Source: an uncultured Planctomycetota bacterium (lineage in GTDB: Bacteria; Planctomycetota; Planctomycetia; Isosphaerales; Isosphaeraceae). From it: a stretch of DNA of 64,000 nt. Each line of letters opens with the position of its first letter. The first letter of the stretch is position 1. Under the pieces are notes generated by a model. That model had not been told where the DNA came from and made no database searches. It saw only the letters and a program-made list of their open reading frames with translations. Location of the stretch: assembly GCA_963737655.1 (NCBI GenBank), contig CAVTTN010000002.1, positions 1,920,001-1,984,000 on the forward strand. Reading direction: 5' to 3'. Below are positions 54,801 to 63,469 of this stretch, one piece after another. Both the position numbers and the translations under genes were made by a program.

Positions 54801-54980
54801 CGACGCCGATCGTACCGCGCCCCGGTTCACGTCCGTCGGGGAGCGGTCGCAGGCCGCGCGGAGAGTTAACCTCGCGCTGCAGCGGACCCCGGCCACGGGC
54901 CGCGCTTTCTCTTCTCTCGATGCTCGGTGGTCCGTGGCCGTGTCCGCTGAGCTTTGTCGTTAGGTGGCTCGGAGCTGTCA

Positions 54981-55367
54981 ATGCTCGTTGACTCATGCAT
55001 TCCGGTCATACCCAGCGCCGATCTGGAGAGGAGCCTGCGCTTCTGGGTGGATGGGCTTGGTCTGTCCATGGATCGTGCCATGCGGCACGACGGTCGCCTC
55101 GTCGGTTGTATGGTGCATAACGAGCGGCTGTATTTTTGGCTCAATCAACGAGCCGGTCCCCCGACCGCGTCGGAGAATTACGAGGGCATACGCCTCTACT
55201 GGACGCCAGGCAACATCAAGGCCATTAGGGAGCGTCTCCTGCGACTCGGTTACGCGGCTTCCGAGATTGAGGATCGTGAATATGGACAGGCCGAGTTCGT
55301 CGTCAAGGATGATGACGGGTACTCCCATTGCTTCGGAGTCGCTACAACAAGAGCGGCTAGCCTATGA
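54981..55367 (+). CDS. Cassette gene: VOC/glyoxalase/bleomycin-resistance family (attC 55381-55480)
   Basis: DLERSLRFWVDGLG; YGQAEFVVKDDDGY. Confidence 0.85.
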   Translation: MLVDSCIPVIPSADLERSLRFWVDGLGLSMDRAMRHDGRLVGCMVHNERLYFWLNQRAGPPTASENYEGIRLYWTPGNIKAIRERLLRLGYAASEIEDREYGQAEFVVKDDDGYSHCFGVATTRAASL

Positions 55368-55497
55368 CCGCAAGGGTGCCGCCTAACCCGGCGCTGCAGC
55401 GGACCCCGCACCGCCGCGGCGCCTGTTGTCTTATCATTGCTCGCTCGGCGGTGCGGGTCCGCTGAGCTTTTGCGTTAGGCGGCGGAGAGATTCCCCG

Positions 55498-55845
55498 TTG
55501 GCGATCGACAACCCAAACGTCATCGACCTAATCGGCACCGACCGGACGACCGGCGAGGCCGTGCTCACCATCAGCGATCACCTCGAATGGGACGACCGCA
55601 ACGAGCATCTGCTGATCTTGCAAGAGAAAATCAACCGCTACATCGGTTTCATCGAGTCTGGCGAACTGCTGGAAAACTACGCGGGTGCGGCGGGCCGACT
55701 GATCCGCGTCGAGGTCGTTTGCAAGTATCCGCCGAGTGAAGTCGGCGAGCGATTCCTGAACCTCGCCAGCGAAACGTTCGAGAAGGCCGGTTGGTCCCTC
55801 ACTTGGCGTTGGTGGCCGAGCAAGCAGCTCGACGCCTCTTCGTGA
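55498..55845 (+). CDS. Cassette gene: DUF6572-like protein
   Basis: VIDLIG..LTISDHLEW..HLLILQEKINRY..FIESGE; TTG start after GGAGA. Confidence 0.7.
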   Translation: MAIDNPNVIDLIGTDRTTGEAVLTISDHLEWDDRNEHLLILQEKINRYIGFIESGELLENYAGAAGRLIRVEVVCKYPPSEVGERFLNLASETFEKAGWSLTWRWWPSKQLDASS

Positions 55846-56216
55846 ACTCTTTGGCTGGGAACGGCCATCGACGCGCGACACTACCCCAACCCCAGGCTTT
55901 GTGGCCGGGCAGCGGCGAGGTCCGGGTAGCAAACCGACGGATTCAAGAGCGGCGGACGAGGCGCGGGCCGAGAGGGGAGTCGGTTACGCTTGCAGTCTCT
56001 TCGACGGGAACATCCCCGCGAGTCGGCTCGCGGGGCGTCGCCGATGACCGGATCACGACCTCTCGGGCCAGGCTAACCTACGGGCATGGAGCACCGAGGT
56101 GGATCCGGCCACCGACCCGCGCCACGAACCGGGCTACGCCGCGCCGGGTCGGTGGGCAAGTCGGCCCCGGCCCCCGTTCACGCCCCCTCGGGAGCGGACG
56201 AAGGCCGCAGGATGGT
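55838..56216 (-). mobile_element. 379-bp IS110 derivative, copy 3 (A/B hybrid), in attC 55834-56313
   Basis: Left half type A, right half type B. Confidence 0.85.
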
Positions 56217-56329
56217 TAACCTCGCGCTGCGGCGGACCCGGCCCGCCGCGGTGCTTTCCTGTGCTATCATCATTTCCTCGGCGGTGCGGGTCCGCTGAGT
56301 TTTGTCGTCAGGGGGATTGATCGTTTACC

Positions 56330-56609
56330 GTGACCAGCAGCCGTAAGATGTCTCAGCCCGAGTTCGATGAGTGGGCCCGCTCGCGCCGACTTGGCCCTTG
56401 GCGTCACGTCCTCGTTCGGGGCGTGCTCTCGAAGGGCCTACCAATCGGCGCCGGCTGGTTGCTCGGTCATTGGCTCGCGGGTACGCTGTCCTGGAGTTTT
56501 GCGATCTGCCTGCTCCTCATCATGATCGTTGCCGGTGCCGTCGATGGGGTTAGTCGATGGCGAGGAGGGCTCCCAATCGGCTCGGCGCGAGCACGCGGCC
56601 TCTTCGTGA
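56330..56609 (+). CDS. Cassette gene: small membrane protein (3' end uncertain, possible frameshift ~56565)
   Basis: Two hydrophobic segments; as assembled the ORF reads through into the element. Confidence 0.55.
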
Positions 56610-56980
56610 ACTCTTTGGCTGGGAACGGCCATCGACGCGCGACACTACCCCAACCCCAGGCTTTGTGGCCGGGCAGCGGCGAGGTCCGGGTAGCAAACCG
56701 ACGGATTCAAGAGCGGCGGACGAGGCGCGGGCCGAGAGGGGAGTCGGTTACGCTTGCAGTCTCTTCGACGGGAACATCCCCGCGAGTCGGCTCGCGGGGC
56801 GTCGCCAATGACCGGATCACGACCTCTCGGGCCAGGCTAACCTACGGGCAGGGAGCACCAAGGTGGAGACGGCCGGGAGGCCCGCGCCACACTCAGGCTA
56901 CGCCGCGCCGGGTCGGCGGGCAAGTCGTCCCCGACCCCCGTTCACGCCCCGTCGGGAGCGGACGAAGGCCGCAGGATGGT
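56602..56980 (-). mobile_element. 379-bp IS110 derivative, copy 4 (type A), in attC 56598-57077
   Basis: Same junctions. Confidence 0.85.
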
Positions 56981-57105
56981 TAACCTCGCGCTGCAGCGGA
57001 CCCCGCACCGCCGCGGCGATTCTTGTGTTATCATCGCGTTCTCGGCGGTGCGGGTCCGCTGAGCTTTGGCGTTAGGCGGCTCGGCGAAGATGCCTCGGGA
57101 CACCC

Positions 57106-57501
57106 GTGACGTTCGACCCCGACCGAATCATGACCCTCTCGACCATGCAGTTCCGACGTTTCGGAATCGCGTGCTGCTATCGGTTGGGGTGCGACCGCAA
57201 AGACAAGCGTCTCGCGAAGGCGCTCAAGAGACTGGAGCAATCGCTGGGGCCGCCGGCCGACGAGAGCATGCGTCGTGACGCGCTCAACGCCGCCAACTCC
57301 GCTTGCCGAGACCTCTCCGCAAGCAGCGGCGTGATACAGGTCGTTGCCCGCACCCTTGTTTGTGCCTGCTGGGACGGTCCCAATGAGAATCTGATTGGGA
57401 ATTTCGAAGCGGCGCTTGAACAAGGAGAGCACTTGAGCAGGTCCGAGATCAAGGACATTGAAAGCGAGATCTTTCGGGCTATCCTGGGCGCCTCTTCGTG
57501 A
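57106..57501 (+). CDS. Cassette gene: hypothetical protein
   Basis: Fills the cassette; ends GCC TCT TCG TGA. Confidence 0.65.
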   Translation: MTFDPDRIMTLSTMQFRRFGIACCYRLGCDRKDKRLAKALKRLEQSLGPPADESMRRDALNAANSACRDLSASSGVIQVVARTLVCACWDGPNENLIGNFEAALEQGEHLSRSEIKDIESEIFRAILGASS

Positions 57502-57872
57502 ACTCTTTGGCTGGGAACGGCCATCGACGCGCGACACTACCCCAACCCCAGGCTTTGTGGCCGGGCAGCGACGAAGTCCGGGTAGCAAACCGACGGATTC
57601 AAGAGCGGCGGACGAGGCGCGGGCCGAGAGGGGAGTCGGTTACGCTTGCAGTCTCTTCGGCGGGAACATCCCCGCGAGTCGGCTCGCGGGGCGTCGCCAA
57701 TGACCGGATCACGACCTCTCGGGCCAGGCTAACCTACGGGCAGGGAGCACCAAGGTGGAGACGGCCGGGAGGCCCGCGCCACACTCAGGCTACGCCGCGC
57801 CGGGTCGGCGGGCAAGTCGTCCCCGACCCCCGTTCACGCCCCGTCGGGAGCGGACGAAGGCCGCAGGATGGT
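57494..57872 (-). mobile_element. 379-bp IS110 derivative, copy 5 (type A with a few SNPs); downstream attC truncated after 57884
   Basis: TAACCTCGCGCT is followed by non-attC sequence. Confidence 0.85.
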
Positions 57873-57909
57873 TAACCTCGCGCTCGACACCCAAGCCGGA
57901 GCATGTTGC

Positions 57910-58701
57910 ATGCGCTCATTAAGATTTGTCGTTATTACACTGTCGTTGACGGTTCGGTTCGCACCGCTCTATGCCCAGACGCCTGGAAAAAAACCGCCGA
58001 GCCGGGTTGTTGGCAGCGTGTATGGGAAGGCCGTCACCGCGGACCAGGTTGGCCTGACCTTGCCGATCGACAACACCAAGAAATTCGATGCACGAGATAC
58101 ACCCGCGTGGGAACAGATGGAGCGGGTCGCGGTGGCGTTCGGTAGCCCGGTCATGGAGCGGTTGGTCGCGCAGCGGAAGCTCGACGCCACGGCCGACGAG
58201 ATGGCCGCGTACAGGAGGGTCAACCTGATATTGAAAGGGCAGATGCTACGCGAGACGGAAGCTCGTTTGACGAAGGTCAAGGAGGAACTCGCGTCGCCCC
58301 ACCTGTCGGATGGAAGGAAAGCGGAACTGGAGAAAGAACGAGAGACGTTCGAACAGAGCCTCCCGGCGCAGCGCGAATCCGCCAGGCGTAATGACGACGA
58401 TGATGATGCTTTCGGTCGCGGGCTCATCCTCTCCTGGAAGGTCGAGCGGGAGCTGTACCGGACCTACGGCGGTCGCTTGATCTGGCAGCAATTCGGTATC
58501 GAGGCGCTCGACGCCCGCCGCCTGCTGTTCGAGGAAGCGGAGAAGAAGGGTGACCTGAAGTTCGACGATCCGGGGGTGCGGCGTCTATTTTATTACTACT
58601 CCAACATGCCTCACACTTTCGTCGGTGAGAAGGAACCAAGATTGCTGGAAGAGAAGCCTTGGTTCCTGAAGGATGGGGACGAACCGCTCCCCGAGAAGTG
58701 A
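57910..58701 (+). CDS. Cassette gene: secreted hypothetical protein (attC 58765-58865)
   Basis: Signal-like N-terminus; LYRTYGGRLIWQQFG. Confidence 0.75.
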   Translation: MRSLRFVVITLSLTVRFAPLYAQTPGKKPPSRVVGSVYGKAVTADQVGLTLPIDNTKKFDARDTPAWEQMERVAVAFGSPVMERLVAQRKLDATADEMAAYRRVNLILKGQMLRETEARLTKVKEELASPHLSDGRKAELEKERETFEQSLPAQRESARRNDDDDDAFGRGLILSWKVERELYRTYGGRLIWQQFGIEALDARRLLFEEAEKKGDLKFDDPGVRRLFYYYSNMPHTFVGEKEPRLLEEKPWFLKDGDEPLPEK

Positions 58702-58885
58702 GTGATGGGGCCGCGGCCGGAATCGAGGACATGGCGGATTTTGGCCCTAACCCGCTATGTCATGGCCTGACCTCGCGCTGCAGCGGACCCCGCACCGCCG
58801 CGGCGCCTTCTGGTAGAATCAACGCTGCTCGGGCGGTGCGGGTCCGCTGAGCTTCGGCGTGAGGCGGCGGAGGGAGGCCGATCCC

Positions 58886-59332
58886 ATGGAAGTCGTGAAA
58901 TCCAACCGCTACGGGCCGCTGGAGCCTGCTCGACTCGAAGCGTTCGAATCCCTGATCGGGTCGCGTTTCCCGGGAGACTTCCGTCAGTTCCTCCTCGACC
59001 ATAATGGCGGTCGACCCGCCTTCGATCACCTCCTCGATGCCGAGCGGGACGACTCGTTGGCGTGCCTGAACAGCACTTACGGGCTGCACGACGGACCGGA
59101 GTATTGCCGCATGGACTCGACCTTCGACACGCTCCGTGATGTGCTGCCGGCCGGCCTCATCTCCTTCGGCGACGATCCGGGAGGGAACCTCTTCTGCATC
59201 GGGGTCGCCGGGGAGTATCGAGGCCGGGTTTATTTGTGGGACCACGAGACGGCGGAACCCAAGCTGCTGGGAGAATCGTTCGAGGAGTTCCTGTCGCGTT
59301 TGGGCCCCGATCCCTGGGACGCCTCTTCGTGA
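58886..59332 (+). CDS. Cassette gene: SMI1/KNR4 (SUKH) family protein
   Basis: FPGDFRQFLLDHNGG; FGDDPGGNLFC; VYLWDHE; ESFEEFL. Confidence 0.9.
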   Translation: MEVVKSNRYGPLEPARLEAFESLIGSRFPGDFRQFLLDHNGGRPAFDHLLDAERDDSLACLNSTYGLHDGPEYCRMDSTFDTLRDVLPAGLISFGDDPGGNLFCIGVAGEYRGRVYLWDHETAEPKLLGESFEEFLSRLGPDPWDASS

Positions 59333-59703
59333 ACTCTTCTCCATCGAACGGCCGTCGATGCGCGACATTCCCCCGACCCCTGGCCGTGTGGCCGGGCAGC
59401 GACGAGGTCCGGGTGGCAATCCGACGGATTCGGGATCGGCGATCGAGGCGCGGGCCGAGAGGGGAATCGGTTACGTTCGGAGTCTCTTCGACGGGGACAT
59501 CCCCGCGAGTCGCCGCGCGGGGCGTCGCCGATGACCGGATCACGACCTCTCGGGCCAGGCTAACCTACGGGCATGGAGCACCGAGGTGGATCCGGCCACC
59601 GACCCGCGCCACGAACCGGGCTACGCCGCGCCGAGTCGGTGGGCAAGTCGGCCCCGGCCCCCGTTCACGCCCCCTCGGGAGCGGACGAAGGCCGCAGGAT
59701 GGT
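59325..59703 (-). mobile_element. 379-bp IS110 derivative, copy 6 (divergent type B), in attC 59321-59801
   Basis: Same length and ends, many internal substitutions; putative guides unchanged. Confidence 0.85.
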
Positions 59704-59883
59704 TAACCTCGCGCTGCGGCGGACCCCGCACTGCCGCTACACTTTCTGCTACGATCAACGTCGCTCGGGCGGTGCGAGGCCGCTGAGCTTGGGCGTTAGG
59801 CGGCGTCGCGGTCGGCCAGAATGTGACGAACTCGCGGAGCGTGGAACGCAGGCCGCGCGGAAACCGATCGTGAGGTTAGCGAC

Positions 59884-60399
59884 ATGAAGCTGAATGTTTC
59901 CAGCCTCGCCTTCGCCCGACACCGAGACGAAGTGCCCGCGCGGTGGCTCCTCGATATCCTCTGGCTCGTCCTCGCCTCCGGCGAGGACACGAATGGCGAG
60001 TATTCCGTCATCGAGCAGTTCATGCCCGTCGGGTCCGGCCCGCCGCCGCACGGGCATCCGTTCGAGGACGAGATGTTCTACGTCCTGGCCGGGGAGATGA
60101 CCGTCATCGTCGGCGGGCAGGAGATCGTCTTGAAGCCCGGCAGCCTGGGCCACGTCCCGCGCAACGTCGTCCACGAATTCAAGGTGACCGGCACCGACGT
60201 GTGCCATTGCCTGAACTACTACACCCCCGCCGGGTTCGAGCAGTCGGTCCTCGGGTGTTCGCGGCCCGCGGAACGGCGCGAGTTGCCCCCGCCCGGGCTG
60301 GACCCGCTTGACTCTCCGCAGGTGATGCAATTCTTCAACAACTACTGGGTCGCCGGGGCAACGCTCCCCTGGGCCCAGCAGAAGTGGTCGCCCGGTTGA
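59884..60399 (+). CDS. Cassette gene: cupin-domain protein (degenerate attC 60492-60592)
   Basis: GPPPHGHPFEDEMFYVLAGE; VPRNVVHEF. Confidence 0.9.
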   Translation: MKLNVSSLAFARHRDEVPARWLLDILWLVLASGEDTNGEYSVIEQFMPVGSGPPPHGHPFEDEMFYVLAGEMTVIVGGQEIVLKPGSLGHVPRNVVHEFKVTGTDVCHCLNYYTPAGFEQSVLGCSRPAERRELPPPGLDPLDSPQVMQFFNNYWVAGATLPWAQQKWSPG

Positions 60400-60607
60400 G
60401 CGCCAAGCGGCACGCGCCCATGCCGGTTGGGCCGGAAAACCGCATCCCGGAGTGCCGGGGCCTCGACGCCTTCCCGCTGGCGGAGGGCGGCGCCGAAACT
60501 GGCGCGGGAGCGGACCCGGCCGCCGCGATTGGTTTCTGGTAATATTCTAAGTCGCAGGCCGGCGGCCGGTCCGCGGAGCTTCGGCGTTAGGCGGCGAGGC
60601 GCGACCG

Positions 60608-61057
60608 ATGGCGAAGGGACTGCCGGGGACGGTCGCCGTCAACCACGACGATTACCACGCCGAATACGTCGGGCGAACCAAGGACGGCGCGCAATTCTTC
60701 CTCACGACGCCCTTCGTGCCGGGGGTCGGAGACCAGCCGGGCCGGGAGTTCATCGCGCTCTACCTGTTCGACAAGGCTGGCCAACTCCAGGCGGCCACGA
60801 TCGACGACCTGGGGCCTCGCGAGACGATGGATCTGGGGGCGAGGATGGCCCGCCGAGACGAGTTGCTCGCCTCGCTGGGTGAGGTCAGCTATCAGCGAAT
60901 CAAAGTCGCCCCGTTTCGGATCGAGAGGTTCGGGGTTGAGTTCGGGTTCATCCCGCAGCCGCCCGAGGAGCCGGGCGAGGACTGGAGCGTCATCGTGATG
61001 CCGGGAGACGTCATGTGCTTCTGGCCGCCTTGGTCCAGCGGCGACTACGATACGTAA
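60608..61057 (+). CDS. Cassette gene: hypothetical protein (attC 61067-61167)
   Basis: GAGG RBS; fills the cassette. Confidence 0.8.
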   Translation: MAKGLPGTVAVNHDDYHAEYVGRTKDGAQFFLTTPFVPGVGDQPGREFIALYLFDKAGQLQAATIDDLGPRETMDLGARMARRDELLASLGEVSYQRIKVAPFRIERFGVEFGFIPQPPEEPGEDWSVIVMPGDVMCFWPPWSSGDYDT

Positions 61058-61185
61058 TGCCGCGACGCCTAACCTGGCGCGGCGTCGGACCCCGCACCGC
61101 CGCGGCGCGTTCTGCTACGATCGAAGGCCGCTCGGGCGGGTGGGTCTGCTGAGCTTTGGCGTTTGGCGGCTCGGAGGGTCAGGCG

Positions 61186-61521
61186 TTGGAGGAGGCGTGT
61201 CCCCTCGAAGAAAAGCTGTCCAATGTCGCAGCCGACCTGCTGTCCGAGCGGCGGTTCGAGGCATTCGTCCGCCGCCTGTTCGCGGCCCCTCCCGGCGTGT
61301 GGCAGGGCGTGGCGGCCTGCTGCTCAAGCATGCCGGTGCTGCCGGGCCTCGCCGCCGAGGTCTTCGCCGGCCACGCCGAGTGCTTCGTGGTCACGCATCT
61401 GCCATGGCCCGGCCTTCCCTCCCGCGATCCCTACGCTCTGGTGCTGTTCCTGCACGCCGATATCATGTGGTCCACCACCGCGTTGTACAATCGCGCCGTG
61501 TTCGGGGCCGACTCTTCGTGA
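61186..61521 (+). CDS. Cassette gene: hypothetical protein
   Basis: TTG after GGAGG; ends GAC TCT TCG TGA. Confidence 0.55.
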   Translation: MEEACPLEEKLSNVAADLLSERRFEAFVRRLFAAPPGVWQGVAACCSSMPVLPGLAAEVFAGHAECFVVTHLPWPGLPSRDPYALVLFLHADIMWSTTALYNRAVFGADSS

Positions 61522-61892
61522 ACTCTTTGGCTGGGAACGGCCATCGACGCGCGACACTACCCCAACCCCAGGCTTTGTGGCCGGGCAGCGGCGAGGTCCG
61601 GGTAGCAAACCGACGGATTCAAGAGCGGCGGACGAGGCGCGGGCCGAGAGGGGAGTCGGTTACGCTTGCAGTCTCTTCGACGGGAACATCCCCGCGAGTC
61701 GGCTCGCGGGGCGTCGCCAATGACCGGATCACGACCTCTCGGGCCAGGCTAACCTACGGGCAGGGAGCACCAAGGTGGAGACGGCCGGGAGGCCCGCGCC
61801 ACACTCAGGCTACGCCGCGCCGGGTCGGCGGGCAAGTCGTCCCCGACCCCCGTTCACGCCCCGTCGGGAGCGGACGAAGGCCGCAGGATGGT
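61514..61892 (-). mobile_element. 379-bp IS110 derivative, copy 7 (type A), in attC 61510-61988
   Basis: GACT|CTTCG...GGATGGT|TAACCTC. Confidence 0.85.
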
Positions 61893-62004
61893 TAACCTCG
61901 CGCTGCAGCCGACCCCACCCGCCGCGGCGGTTTTCGGTATAGTCGATGTCGCTCGGGCGGGTGGGTCTGCTGAGCTTTGGCGTTAGGCCCAAGGAGGGCG
62001 GGTC

Positions 62005-62775
62005 GTGGCTCGGAAGCGGAAGAGCACCCCCGGTCCGTACTTGTTGTACCTTGAGGTCCTCCGCGGTCGCATCCCGGACGTCAGCCGCTTCCCGTACAAC
62101 CTGCCCGCCTTCCGCGCCCTGACGACGCTGCCGTTCCATCCCAAGGTGACGTTCCTCGTCGGGGAGAACGGGTCCGGCAAATCGACACTCCTGGAGGCCG
62201 TCGCCGTCGAGTGCGGGTTGAATCCCGAAGGCGGCAGCCGGAACTTCCACTTCGCCACGCGGGCCTCGCACTCGTCGCTCGACGAATGCGTTCGGCTCGC
62301 GAAGGCCCCGGCTTCGCCCGGCGACTGGTACTTCTTGCGGGCCGAGAGCTTTTACAACGTGGCTTCGGAGATCGAACGTCTCGACGAGGGACCGGGAGGC
62401 GGGCCGATCATCGGTGCCTACGGCGGCAAGTCGCTCCACGAGCAGTCGCACGGGGAGTCTTTTTTCGCCCTGTTCCAGAACCGGTTCCGGGACCATGGGC
62501 TGTACCTGATGGATGAGCCGGAGGCCGCGTTGTCGCCGAAGCGGCAACTCCAATTCCTCGCATTGCTCCACGACTACGTGTGCCGGGGCGGGCAGTTCGT
62601 CATCGCCACGCACTCACCGATCATCATGGCGTACCCCGAATCGCGCATCTATTTGCTGGACGGCGAGGGTATCCGGGAGATTGCTTACACGGACACCGAG
62701 CACTACCAGATCACTCGGGGATTCCTGAGCAACCCGCAGCGGTCGCTGTCGGTGCTGCTCGGTGAGGAGCGATAA
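62005..62775 (+). CDS. Cassette gene: stand-alone ABC/AAA-type ATPase (attC ~62780-62883)
   Basis: GENGSGKST, SHGESF, LMDEPEAALSP, IATHSP. Confidence 0.92.
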   Translation: MARKRKSTPGPYLLYLEVLRGRIPDVSRFPYNLPAFRALTTLPFHPKVTFLVGENGSGKSTLLEAVAVECGLNPEGGSRNFHFATRASHSSLDECVRLAKAPASPGDWYFLRAESFYNVASEIERLDEGPGGGPIIGAYGGKSLHEQSHGESFFALFQNRFRDHGLYLMDEPEAALSPKRQLQFLALLHDYVCRGGQFVIATHSPIIMAYPESRIYLLDGEGIREIAYTDTEHYQITRGFLSNPQRSLSVLLGEER

Positions 62776-62899
62776 ATAGGCCCAGCCTCGCGCCGCTGCA
62801 GCGGACCCGGCCCACCTCCTCGCTTTCTGGTAACATGAAGGTCACTCTCGGCGGCGCGGGTCCGCTGAGCTTGGGCGTTAGGCGTGTCGCGAAAGCACA

Positions 62900-63469
62900 A
62901 TGAGCGAACCGAGACTTACATTCGCAACGCAATCCGAGTGGGAAGACTGGCTTGAAGCCAATGGCAGCACTTCGCCCGGCGTGTGGCTTCGCTTGGCGAA
63001 GAAGTCTGCCGAGCAACCAACGGTCACTTATGCACAAGCGCGAGAAAGCGCTCTTTGCCACGGGTGGATCGATGGCCAAAAGCAATCGGAAAACCAGCAC
63101 TATTGGCTTCAGCGCTTTACACCGAGAACTGCCAAGAGCATCTGGTCGAAGATCAACAAGGAAAAGGCGGAGGCACTCATCACATCGCAACGGATGCGGG
63201 CAGCAGGTCTGGTCGCGATAGAACGGGCAAAATCGGACGGAAGATGGGATGCGGCATACTCATCGGCGAGCACTTCGACCGTCCCTGACGACCTGCAAGA
63301 AGCCCTTGATGCAAACCCAAGAGCCAAAACGTTTTTTGCGACGCTCAATAGCCAAAATAGGTATGCCATCTTGTTTCGAATTCAAAAAGTCAAGAAGGCC
63401 GAGACACGGGCGAAGAAGATCGCTCAATTCATTGAAATGCTCAATGATGGCGAAAAGCTCTATCCATAA
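62900..63469 (+). CDS. Cassette gene: YdeI/OmpD-associated family protein (attC 63554-63658)
   Basis: ALCHGWIDG, RFTPR..SIWSKIN, VPDDL, KKAETRAKKI. Confidence 0.9.
   Translation: MSEPRLTFATQSEWEDWLEANGSTSPGVWLRLAKKSAEQPTVTYAQARESALCHGWIDGQKQSENQHYWLQRFTPRTAKSIWSKINKEKAEALITSQRMRAAGLVAIERAKSDGRWDAAYSSASTSTVPDDLQEALDANPRAKTFFATLNSQNRYAILFRIQKVKKAETRAKKIAQFIEMLNDGEKLYP

Larger units (their letters stand above)
53084..54866 (-). mobile_element. Complete IS110-family element (1783 bp) in attC 53080-54965
   Basis: GCCT|CCCCGTGAAC...GGAGAGT|TAACCTC; imperfect subterminal IR AACTCTTCGCG/CGCGGAGAGTT; no long target duplication. Confidence 0.92.

Noticed and set aside
54809..54814. Minus-strand -10 (TACGAT) for the guide RNA
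   Set aside because: No matching -35, and only partly conserved in mini-elements (TAGCCT/TAGCCC); too weak to call.
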